From contig AP026164.1 in the NCBI GenBank assembly GCA_030295235.1, forward strand, positions 2,356,001 to 2,420,000: a stretch of 64,000 nt of DNA. Reading direction: 5' to 3'. The position numbers and the translations under genes were made by a program. Shown here one piece after another: positions 36,351-47,806 of this stretch (position 1 is the first letter of the stretch; each line of letters starts with the position of its first letter). The notes below the pieces were generated by a model, which had not been told where the DNA came from, searched no databases, and saw only the letters and a program-made list of their open reading frames with translations. This DNA comes from Fistulifera solaris (Eukaryota).

Positions 36351-38065
36351 ATGGTGAAACAAGATGATGATGATTCATTCAACGACGACGATGTGACACT
36401 CATTCCTGTGCCATCGTCGCTCTTGGCCCTTTCAATGGTGCCCCTTCTAATGATCGCGATTGTTTCGTATCACATGAATCTGGGATTGGAAGCTTCCATT
36501 CTATGGGGAACCGTACGATCCTTTGTGCAATTGTTAATTTTGAGTGCCATCTTGCAGCCAATCTTTTTTTTGGGGACAAGACCATCCCTGGGTGGTTCTC
36601 ACCTACCTTTTCTTTATGGTTCTCCTTGCGTCGTACGAAGCAACCAGTCGGTCTTCATATCATTTTCAAAAGGTCTTTGGATATATTTTCTTGGCCGTTG
36701 CATGGAATACCACTGTGGTTTCGCTCTTTGCCTTTGCAATCATTCTACAACCCAAGCCGTTGTGGGATCCCCAATACGTCATTCCGATTGTCGGCATGCT
36801 GCTGGGCAATGGTATCACCGGCATCAGCTTGGCGTTGAATAGTATTACCAGCAGTTTTGTCGAACAATCCTTGGAAATCGAACTGTACCTGTCGTTCGGC
36901 GCTTCCCCCACCGAAGCGTGTCAACGCCTCGTGCGCGACGCGATTCGTGTCAGTACGACACCCATGTTGAATTCCATGGCCGTCATCGGATTGGTGTCGA
37001 TCCCCGGCATGATGACGGGACAAATTTTGGCGGGATCGTCCGTGATGGAAGCCGCTCGCTATCAAATGCTCATACTGTATCTCATTGCGGTCACCGTCTT
37101 TGGGACAGTGCTTAGTGAAATATGGTTGGTGCAGAGAATCGCCTTTGACCGCCAGGTACAAGTATTGCGGCCAAGATTCTTGTTTCCGAAACGGTCCGCA
37201 TTTCACAATATCCAATCATTTCTGAAAAGTGTATTGAAACGAAAGGAGAAATCAACGTTGCAGCGTTTGAACCAAAAAATACCAATCCGCCCGACTATCG
37301 ATCTATTTCAGGATCGTCGGAAATCTCATCCAATACGACGATTGAATTTATTCGGGCGGTAGATCGCTCTGTAGACGATGACGAGAAACAAGTAAGCCTT
37401 TTGTCATTTCAAGGACTTACTCAAAGTATAGAAAGGACAGAAAAAGATCCCTTGGTATTGTTTCACCGAATTTCTCACACAATCCATTACGGTGATATTG
37501 TGTTTGTCGTGGCATCCAGTGGTGCTGGTAAATCCACCCTCTTACGAATGTTATCCAAACTGATTCCCACCGATGCCAGCAATCGTATCCTGTTGGAGGG
37601 ACGTTCGACGTATTCTCCCGCTCTTTGGCGGAAAAGGATCCGCTACGTACGCCAGAACAAAGTTGATATTCCAGGCACGCCTCGCGATATGATTGTTCGC
37701 ATTCTGACATTTCAATCGTGGAAGATTTCGAGACAATCTATGCCATCGGCAACGCAGCAAAGGATCAGCTCGGTGTTACACTTTATGAGTGAGTTTGGCT
37801 TGGAGGAAGAATGCATCGATAAACTGTGGAAAGACCTTTCGGGTGGCGAGTCTCAAAGAGTCTACCTTGCAATCGCTCTGGCATCGCAGCCCGACATTTT
37901 ACTGTTAGACGAAAGCACCAGTGCTCTCGACCTGGATTCCAAGCTTTTGGTCGAACGCGTCCTGCTGAACATTGTCTCGGAAAAAGAATGGGTTTACTCT
38001 GGGTTACCCATGATACGGAACAAATTGATCGAATGACTTTCCCTCCAAAAAACATCTCAAGGTAA
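36351..38065 (+). CDS. Fused ABC transporter: UPF0014 permease (FetB/YbbM/STAR2/ALS3-like) + ATPase (FetA/YbbL/STAR1-like)
   Basis: RSFVQL, PQYVIPIVGMLLGN, GLVSIPGMMTGQILAG..AARYQ; linker open into Walker A SGAGKST, LSGGESQR, LLLDESTSALD, WVTHD; frameshifts ~36570, ~37260, ~37985. Confidence 0.85.
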
Positions 38066-38126
38066 CTCTTCGAGTTAGCCATCAATACTTCATAACATGA
38101 TAATTTTTATGATGTAAAGCGTTTGC

Positions 38127-39373
38127 TTATAAATTAAAAAGCTCATCTTCGTCGAAGGAACCGTCCGAATCGATAGATGGATCCATCGCGTTCATCGCAA
38201 TCTGGCCGGACAATCTCAAATCGATTTCTTCAATCAACCCAGTCGCCATAACATTTAACACAAGTTGAGCATTGTACGCCCCACGCAAACTTGGTCGTTG
38301 TAATTCATTTACCACTCCAATCGTCAAGCCCATTCCAAACACAAGAAAGGACAGATACCAGGATTGTACAGCTAAAATTTCGCTGCCACCAATTGTTTGG
38401 GAACCGGCGCCCAACAGCGGAAACGTAAATAACACAATAGCAAATAAAGTCCACAATAAAGGCATATGCAATTCCGGAAGTTTGCGCTGCAAAGCACCGA
38501 GACGCTGTGCTCGTGCCTGACGCAATGAGCGAACGGTTTGATAAATGATCGAAGGCTCACCGACACTGGTTAGATACAAAATGTCCTCCAAAGGATCATC
38601 CGACGGTGGCGCCGAGATCATGACCGCTGGATCCGCTGTGGTGAATTGGGTCAAATCTTCGTGCACATACGTGTGCATACAAAACAGCATGCGGCTGTAC
38701 AATTCTTTTCTGCCTTGAGAGACCAAGGCAATTTGTTCGAGTAACGATTTGGCCATGGTCACTTCTGCGAATAATGCCAAGTAGATTGCTTCTTGTTGTT
38801 GATACTAAGGAAGAAAAAGATAAGTAACCAAAGTCGTGTTGTTGATGAAACGTGCCGTGTATATGTTCGCTTACCATAAAGTAGTACGTCTGACCCAGAA
38901 GAAGCGCAAAGACGAGACCCGACGTCGTCAAAATGTTTTGAATGAATTGCGAAGCATCTTGTGCTACCACCGCAAAGACGCCGGAATCATCAATCCAATT
39001 CGCCAAGACCATAGCAATCGCCGAATACGTTACTTTGGCACTCGCTGCCAGTCCCAGAGAAGGAAGTACCACGCGTAAAATGGTCACCCAATTGACAAAA
39101 TTTTGCAATTGATCGGGACGGTCTTCCACATTGGTCAAATATGCCGCCGTACTTTCGTATAAATTATTGTAGTCTACATTGAGAGACGATGTTCCGATTG
39201 GGCTTGGGTCGGAAGAGACTCGAGAGAAGCGACGGACGCGACTGTTACTGTTGGTGGTGAATACGAAAAAGATTTTCTGAGCCGTCGATCGCGATCTCCC
39301 CAGTGTGGCAAACGCAAATGACTTTTTCTACGGACGCCGCCGCGCTGAAGAGAAATAACGCAAAGAAATTCAT
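38127..39373 (-). CDS. Putative plastid-targeted membrane protein, DUF4239/bestrophin-like
   Basis: Signal-like MNFFALFLFSAAAS..FAF; LVFALLLGQTYYFM|YQQQEAIYLALFAE across intron 38805-38874; ELQRP..GAY motif; several TM segments. Confidence 0.6.
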
Positions 39374-40517
39374 TTCTTCTTTGTTGTAGAAAAAGAGAGA
39401 AGTAAGAACAGAGAGCAAGAATTACCGGAAGGACTTGCTAAAAGAGTGTGCATTTTGTTATGCTTCTTGTCATTGTCGGCATCTCTCGTTTGTTTTGTTT
39501 TTTGTTGCCGCGACTGTCCGTCGTCCAAAAAACATGTGACAATACCTGTACGACAGAGAGGCTCAGCGTACAATTCTATAAAGGTTGTATTGCGTATTGC
39601 ATTACGTAGTATATGTAAATTGAAAAATAATACTCCGTATTCAATCACGAATAAGGTTCTGAATTTAAGCAGGCATCATGACGTCCGGAGACGGCAAGAA
39701 CACCTGTAAAGTTTTGAAGCAGAAGGCATAAACGACTTCCTTGAACAAGACATAAGCCTTGTCTGATAATTAGGTCAATATTCTTTCAAATGAAAACTCG
39801 TTTTCCCTATTATCTCAAGCAGTTGTGTTGAGAAATGTGCTGGTAATGGTAAGTGAACTTAAAGGAATTAACCATACAGAAAGTCAATAGTGGCAAGTTG
39901 CAAACAAACGATCAGTCCTACTGAATACTGAATGGTATCTGGTGATTTGGTGATCGAGACGTGTGTCTCCATTGGAGTAGAAAAACTGGACATTTTACTC
40001 GACAAATCACACTGACAACAGGCAAGGCATACTAGTATATTAGTAAAAAATATACTCCTTAATACAGATCATTTTCTAGTGGTCGATGATTCAAACGTGA
40101 AACAGGAAATAAGTTCAGTTTCTAAGATGTTAGTGATTTGTGACCAATTTTGCAGAGACTTGTCCCGAGCATCTGAATTTGAACAAGAAAATTTTGAATA
40201 AGAAGCTGAAACTGGATGCATTGATAATATTATACATTGTACTTGCCTATCTTAAGAATAGTAGATCATTCGTTTCGATTTCTATTTAAGGTTGCAGATC
40301 GCATCATTGCTTCGAAAACCTACACTTCACGCTATACAGTCCATTTCAAATGCAATGGACTAATTTTGTTTCCGGTGCTGTCAATTGTCAACATTTCCGG
40401 CATGCCTTTTCGTTCTCATTTCAATCCAAAGTCAACAACAATAAAAGTTTCCTTTTTTTGTAAGTTAACAAGAACGTGCAGAGAACACATTGTAAGCGCA
40501 ACGAGCTACTGATCAAG

Positions 40518-42470
40518 ATGAGCGAAACAGCATGGCTTGATGACGACGAGGTAAACTTGTCGGCAAACGCATTCGCCGAGGGCGACTCCAGCTTCCAAGA
40601 TGTCCCTGACCGAAAAGCGGATTCTCCGACAGTTCATGAGTTTGAGCCGACCGAAGGTGTTACAGAGTTCGATGATTTACACCTCAATCAGGGACTGGAT
40701 GCAATCGTTCGTGTTGATTCGCAGCGCAAAAGGCGCCGGATTGGGGCCATTCCATTGTACTGCATCTTGATAGGTGTCATCGCCGTCGTTGCTATTACAA
40801 CGATGGGGATCATGCTTCCCAAGTCAAACAACAATGAGAGTAATGAGCCACTTACATTCACATCGAACGAAGAACAAGTCACCGAGATCCAAAAGGCCCT
40901 CGTAAAGCAAGGTGTTTTGAATGAGAATGATTCCGTGGAACCTGGTTCTCCTCAATACAAAGCAATACAGTTTGTCGCCGTTCATTCCGAATCGCTTTCT
41001 CGATCGGATTCGCCTTCACAAGAAATCAACTCGTATCCATTCATCGCACACTACGTTATCGCTCTGACGCTATACACGTTGCGCGGACCCTGGTTCACCA
41101 TTAATTCTCCGATTTGCTCATTGTTTCACAAGGAGGGCGAATCATTGTCTGGAATCCGTTGCGACGAAAAAGGACTTCCTACTTCCCTCAACTTAGGTAC
41201 GTAATCATTCTCTCTCGAACAGATCAATTCACAAAAAAACTCATACTATAAATTTGTTGGACTTGAAGATGGTCAAGCGCTTTCAGGACAACTTCCCACT
41301 GAACTTGGTCTGCTCACATCTGTACAGCACCTGACCTTTGTCAACAACTCTCTGGCTGGCACGATACCTTCTGAGCTGTGCAAACTTGATCAACTCGTGT
41401 CATTGAAGTTCGGTTGGAACAAGCTCCGCGGCACAGTTCCTGAATGCATGGGTCAAATGGAATCTCTCCAGCTGCTCAATCTCAATTTCAATGACCTGGG
41501 GGGCTCGCTTCCGGAGAGATCATTCCGAAATCTGCGTGAAATGTACATCAATTCCAACAACTTCACTCAGTCTCTCCCGGACTTGGTTGTAAACATGAGT
41601 AAGCTCGTAGGATTCTCCGCGCGCGACAACAACTTTTATGGGAACGTCGGGTCCGCGTTCGATCGACACGCAGGAAGTTTGGTATTGCTTGATTTGGGCT
41701 CCAACAGACGATTGGACGGTCAATTTCCACAATCCCTTCTCACAAATGCGCCCCATCTCGAGTATTTGTCGGTAGGGAACAATGCTGTCGAAGGAAGACT
41801 GCCGTGGAATATTCCGCGGAATGACAAGCTCAAGGTCCTATCCGTTTACAGCAACAAAATGATGGGCATGATTCCTCCTTCCATCGCAAACTTGACTGCA
41901 TTGACTCAGTTCATCGCTTCCGATAATCAATTTAGTGGCCCACTGCCGTCGAAACTCCCGACGGACCTAGTGGCGCTGTTTTTGAGTGGAAACCCCTTCT
42001 CTCCAGGACCGATTCCACAAGCATGGGCATCCTTACAACGCATGGTAGCATTTCGTATGCGAAGAACACGTCGAAACGGTAGCCTGCCTGCATGGGTGGG
42101 ACAAAATTGGACCGAGCTTGCTTTATTTGATATCGGCGCCAACAATTTCGAAGGTACCATTCCTGCTTCTTGGGGCAAGCTGCCGCAGCTCGAGTATTTG
42201 TTCCTTAATGGAAATGCGCAAGTTTCAGGGGGTGTTCCAGAATCGTTTGATAAATCTAGTCTGAAGAAAATCATTATGTATCAGACAAAGGTTACGGGGA
42301 ACTGGGAGTTCATCTGCCCTAAAACAGAACCCCAACCTGCTGTTCTTGGCACGCATATCGACAAATGCTCGTGTTGCGTGTTATGTGATGAGTGGACATG
42401 TGCTAAAGAGTTCATGGATCAAACCGACAAGACTGTGGATTGGGTGTACCGTCACTATTGGGGCGTCTAA
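40518..42470 (+). CDS. Single-pass TM leucine-rich repeat protein
   Basis: TM ~40750-40820, SPQYKAIQFV cap, plant-type LRRs (LSGQLPTELGLL, NxLxGxIP), C-terminal CSCC; intron 41197-41268. Confidence 0.88.
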
Positions 42471-43204
42471 TTGTTTCTTGGGGATTCTTATAGTAGCTGT
42501 ACTGGGCGCTTTAAAGATAATGGTCGATTTTGTGTTGTTAGTTGTTACAAATGCGCTCCGCGCTCTCTACTTTGTAGAAAGACATCGATCGTGTGCAACA
42601 TTCGTGTCGCCAGCCCGTTGGTGCTCTCGCACTGGTATTTCTATAACTATGCACAGAACACCCACAATACCCTGAGTCCTGAGTCCCGTAAAGGGTTGTA
42701 GTAGTTTATACTACGTAGTTTATACTCCTAGTAAATAGGGAGAGAATGATGAATTGATATTTCTTTCTTACAGAACCTCTCAATTGCATGCCAAATGACC
42801 AATGCTCTCCGCGACTCATAAGCGATATCAGAAACGTGCTATTTCTAAAATAGGCATTTGTGATATAAGCCGACCTTTCAAGTATTGGTGATGAAGTAGT
42901 CGTGGCACGGACCAAATTAATATTTGGGCGACGAACAAAATTGTATCGTGTTGGGCTTCTACCTTGAGATATGTCTGTAGTAACATTTCTACGTAGGGTC
43001 TTTGTGCACTCCGCAGAAATTAGTCCGATGCCCGCGACGATCGATCCGTTCGTTTCAATTTTCTTCTATACAAGAGCCCGCTCTTTCTCATCGCGCACCC
43101 TCAAAACGGTCGTTTGTTCTGCAGCAACTGAGAAGATTCAAACTACCGAAGCAGTTGCTTACTATTTAACTAAGAAACAGCTAAAAGAAGAATAACAAGG
43201 CACC

Positions 43205-45403
43205 ATGAGTCACATGTGGGCCGACTATTACGATAGTCGTAAGGACGAAATCATTTCTTTCGAATCCGACGGAGAAAATGAGTTGGACCATGACGAGGAG
43301 GCTATCATGGTCGACAGCCGATCGAAATCAAGAGAGCCCGATGGTCTTTTCCTCGTTGAAGACGACGATAATCTCAGCGATGACGAGATGCCGGATATGA
43401 TTTACCGGGATGATCCGACTCCGCTGACGAGTCCCAAGTCGAGACAGCAAAATTCCAAATTCTCGTTGAACGACCACAGCATGCCGTACGTCAACAATCT
43501 CCACAATCTTCGCAATGTACAACCGGAAAAGATTAAAATTTACAAGTTTCGGACTGTGCTTTGTGTGGTGCTCGCCATTTTTGCGACGGGTATGACGCTC
43601 GGCTTTGTACTGCGCGCGGAAGAGGACAAATATGTAGCGGCACATCCGAAGCCGCCGGTGAATAGCCCCACGGGCGGAAGCACGGAAGCTGGACCTGTCG
43701 TTCCTGGAGGTGATTCCGAGGCGACAGACACAGGAAAATTGGGTCAAGTGAAAGAATTACTCATCCGCCACGCTGTCTCCAGCTCAGACGACCTGGGTAA
43801 GATGGGCTCTCCTCAGTGGAATGCCATGCACTGGATTACATTAGTAGACGAAGCGCAAATGCCCCTACCAGATGAAAATGACAAGGATGCTGTTTACAAG
43901 TTCGTGCAGCGCTATGTAATGGCTCTTCTTTACTATGCCACCAACGGACAGGCGTGGGAACACGGGCTGCACTGGCTCTCCTCGACGGGCATCTGCGAGT
44001 GGTTGGACTTTGTTGGAGATGTAAATCATCAGAAACACAATACAGGACTCGGTTGTGATGCAGAAGGAAATCTCAAAATCTTGTCTTTGGGTAAGATGAT
44101 CTTAAAATGAGAGCATTTGAGTGCCCGTGGTCAAAACTCACACTTTTTACACTGCTTTGCAGATTACGAAAAAATGAGCGGGACCATCCCGACCGAGTTT
44201 GGATTGTTGACGACGCTAAAGGAGATCAATTTAGCAGGAAACTCGATTGAGGGCAGCATTCCGACGGAGATCTGTCGGCTGAAATATCTTGAAATATTTG
44301 CCTTGGATCAGAACTTCATTGAAGGGGCACTACCGGAATGCTTTGCCAATCTGATTCGACTCGAAGGATTAGGGCTGGGTGACAATCTTATGACAGGAAA
44401 GCTCCCGCTTGGATCGTTTGACAACTTGAAAGACCTTTTGATCAACGACAACGAATTTAGTGGAGATCTTGACATCAGTAAACTCACTTTCCTCGAGGTG
44501 CTCGACGTGAAAGGAAATTCGTTCTCGGGTACGGTGGATGCCAATCTCTTCGGCAATTTGAAAAACCTGCAATATGTCGATTTGTCGGATAATGAATTCT
44601 CTTCCACCGAGTTCCCCGGCTTCTTCTTTACTTTCCCCAATCTGGGGGTATTGGACCTTTCCCAAAACAACATTCAAGGCGAATTGCCCGCTGATATCGG
44701 TCTCAACACTCAGTTAAAGTACCTGGCCGTTCATTCGAATGGTTTGAGCGGTGAAGTTCCGTACAACATTGTCAATTTACAGAACTTGACACACTTGAAT
44801 ATTGGTCAGAACGACTTTATCGGCAGATTCCCTATTCAGCTGAGCCGCATGACGAACTTGGACGTTTTGTATCTACCTGATTTGCCAGGTTTAGACGCTG
44901 GACGAATGCCGGATGACTTTATCACGTTAGACAAATTGAAGATCTTATCCTTGCGTAATACGAATCGAAATTACTTTTTACCAGCGGAATTCGCTCGAAT
45001 GAGACATTTGGAATACCTCGATATCTCTCACAATGCGTTGACGGGAGGCTTACCCGTGGCATGGGGCACAGACTTTCTTTACATGCGAGTGTTGTTGGTC
45101 AATAACAATCCCAATTTGCAAGGTGATATTCCCACTACCTTTGCCAAGTTGGGAGCTTTGGGACAGCTCTTCATTCAAGGAACCAATCTCGGAAAGAGCA
45201 CTTTACCTTCTTTGTGTACGACCATGATTCGGTCGAAAGGAAGTCAATCCATTTTCGCCAGCTGCGAGAACGGTCAAGTTGACTGCCCCTGCTGCATGTG
45301 CTGTTCAGCGGGTGATGACAAGTGCGGGGCCAATTTGATGGGCGAGTACGATGCCAACTGGGATGCGGAATTCCGTGTGGGACAGGTCCCTTTTTCAAGG
45401 TAA
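43205..45403 (+). CDS. Single-pass TM leucine-rich repeat protein (tandem paralogue)
   Basis: TM, SPQWNAMHWI..QRYVMALLYYATNG..WLS..CEW cap, LRRs, CPCC; intron 44091-44162. Confidence 0.9.
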
Positions 45404-45630
45404 ACAAGCGGTACTCCGTCCGAGTGGCGAACATTAATTGTTGCGTTACGGCCTTGATTGTGAAACAAAAATAAATGTAATATCCCCAAAGTTTATCATT
45501 ATTTCATTCTTACAAGTTCATTGCTTGGTATAGCTGTCGCGGGTCGACCTTTCAAAGCAATCAGTAGATTATAACGTTGATGACGAGCCGACCGAGCTGA
45601 TAACTACTCCGTAGTTCCTTTGTCACTTTG

Positions 45631-45912
45631 TTACTTCTTGCAGGATCGTGGTAGCGATTCTTTCGCGCGAATATGCTTGGAAGAATAGATACTGCCACTA
45701 CCCCCGCTACCACCTCGATCCTGCTGTCGTTTATCCATCTTACTTCCTGCGGTTGCTACAAAGTCATCATAATCATCGTATTCATCGGCCGCTTCGAAAA
45801 ATTGCGTACTATCAACACTCATTTCACGCGCGGCTCCCTCCCTTGGCGCAGTTTCATTGGGTATCGTACCGCCCGCCTCGTCCTTCGCTTGTTTCTTCGA
45901 TTCAAATGACAT
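45631..45912 (-). CDS. Small hypothetical protein
   Basis: 93 aa ATG ORF with an acidic patch and G-rich GSIYSSKH motif; no family recognised. Confidence 0.45.
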   Translation of the reverse strand: MSFESKKQAKDEAGGTIPNETAPREGAAREMSVDSTQFFEAADEYDDYDDFVATAGSKMDKRQQDRGGSGGSGSIYSSKHIRAKESLPRSCKK

Positions 45913-46288
45913 GTATGACGGTTTCTGCTGGATAAGCTGATTCGTCTATTGTGTGATAATGCTTGGTAACGAATTCCCAACCTCTTGAAAGCAAAGTATA
46001 ATGAAGAAGTGGAGAATGCAACCCAAATATCAAAACGTTTTGGCGCTTGCTTCTTTCATGTCGTATCGCGACCTCAAATTGTGTCTTTCGCATTCCCGTT
46101 TCTCCACCTCATTCCCGAGTCCCAGATATCTATGGACAGTTATTGGTCTTTTCGATTCTATTTTCTTTCGTTTCGCTTCTCACAATCGACGTTCGTATCT
46201 GCCAAGTCATACAACATACACTCTCTTGCTCAACAAAACAACTGCATTACAAATGCTAAAGTGTTCTTCTTTTCTGCATTCTTCGAAC

Positions 46289-46716
46289 ATGAGTCTTCAT
46301 ACTACCTTCCAACGCAGCTCTAATTTGGCACGACGTTGCTTAGCTTCGACTGCGGCATTCCCCAAGCCTCCCGTTCCTGAGGCCATCATCAAGAAAAACG
46401 ACTTCAAAACTAATTATCTCAGTGATCCGTCGACCTATCCCTTGTTTGGAGTCATGGCGGCGGCCACGGCGATTGTGATTGTTTTTACAGTGAATATGGT
46501 CAATTACAAAAATTGGAAGATTATGCCTTCGTCTAAACATGAGACCCTGGAAAAGATTCTACTCGGACCAAGAAGCCAATTACGGAGATTGTTTCGCGAG
46601 AACCGATTACGTTCCACCCGCAGGCCATGAAAGACACTCGAGCGGAAAAGAAAGGTCTCGGTGTCGAACATCAGGAAATTTTGAACGTTCCCGAGTCCAT
46701 GAAGCCTTCGGATTAG
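46289..46716 (+). CDS. B12D/NDUFA4-like small mitochondrial membrane protein, copy 1
   Basis: Presequence, LSDPSTYPL + TM, GLGVEH near the C-terminus; frameshift ~46550. Confidence 0.65.
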
Positions 46717-46862
46717 TATGAATGAGCTAGAATCATTAATAAGTAGTTCATATAACATAAGAATGATTATTTTCACACGTTGGTATTGATTGTGATGATT
46801 TTGTTACTTTTTCTATTACATTCATGAGTGAGAAGAGTGACATTCTACGTAGCACATGTCGC

Positions 46863-47267
46863 TTATCGTCCTTTGGACTTCAACCATTCTTCATGATCCA
46901 CACCGAGTCCTTCTCGTCGAATATCCTTATAACCTTGAGAGTGAAAACCTCTAGGCTCGCGAGCGATGATCTCGACGAGCGAAGTTCGGCGACCCGAATC
47001 TTGCGGCATCGTCTCGTGTTTCGCCGAAGGGGTGATTTTCACATTTTTGTAACCAAGTCCATTGATGGACATGCCGACCACAAACGTCATGGCCGTTGTC
47101 ATGATCACAATCAATGGATACGTCGAGGAGTCGCTCAAGAACGTGGTCTTGAAGTCTTTGCTTTTGGTAAGGGATACCGGAATCGGAGGCTTCGGGGCGG
47201 TCGCAAGAGAAGCAAAGCGTCGGCTGGCCAAAGTCGCGTTGCGCTGCATGATGGTGCGTAGACTCAT
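46863..47267 (-). CDS. B12D/NDUFA4-like small mitochondrial membrane protein, copy 2
   Basis: 134 aa ORF, presequence, LSDSSTYPL + TM, GLGVDHEEW; clearly homologous to the adjacent gene. Confidence 0.7.
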   Translation of the reverse strand: MSLRTIMQRNATLASRRFASLATAPKPPIPVSLTKSKDFKTTFLSDSSTYPLIVIMTTAMTFVVGMSINGLGYKNVKITPSAKHETMPQDSGRRTSLVEIIAREPRGFHSQGYKDIRREGLGVDHEEWLKSKGR

Positions 47268-47806
47268 AGTTTGGATTGATTGAGCAAAAAGCTATTTGAA
47301 AAGATTTTGTGAGATGTTGGATTGTGAGAAGATACTGTGTTTGCCTTCAAACTGTTTGACACGGCGAAGATGCAAAGAATTTGCAAAGAATGCGAACCGG
47401 ACAACCCCAATGAGAATTTTTGAAGCGAAACGCGAACTGGAAGAGAGCGGTATGCATCCTACCGGTACCGGTACCTTGAACAGAATACAAAGTACTGTAG
47501 GTCCATCTGTAGGTTTGTTTACAGCACGACTGAATTTCAGTCACGATTCAATAAATTTTGTGACTCACGTGAGGCCATTAAAAATCCGTTCATATTGCTA
47601 TTTCAACAAATTATACTGGTCTTTAATACAATAATAGAATATTCCGCTCCTTTGACAATGGGAAACTCTTTTGATAGCCAAAAGGTTTGAAAATCCTTGT
47701 CTTGCCACATTACTGTAGGCCGAAGTGTTGGTTTGTTGACAGCACGACTGCATTTCAGTCACGAGGCATTAATAATTGAGCTATCGTGCCATCTGGAATT
47801 GAATGT

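Noticed and set aside
39400..40500. AT-rich tract as possible centromere or TE relic
   Set aside because: Short, only moderately AT-rich, and no recognisable repeats or coding remnants
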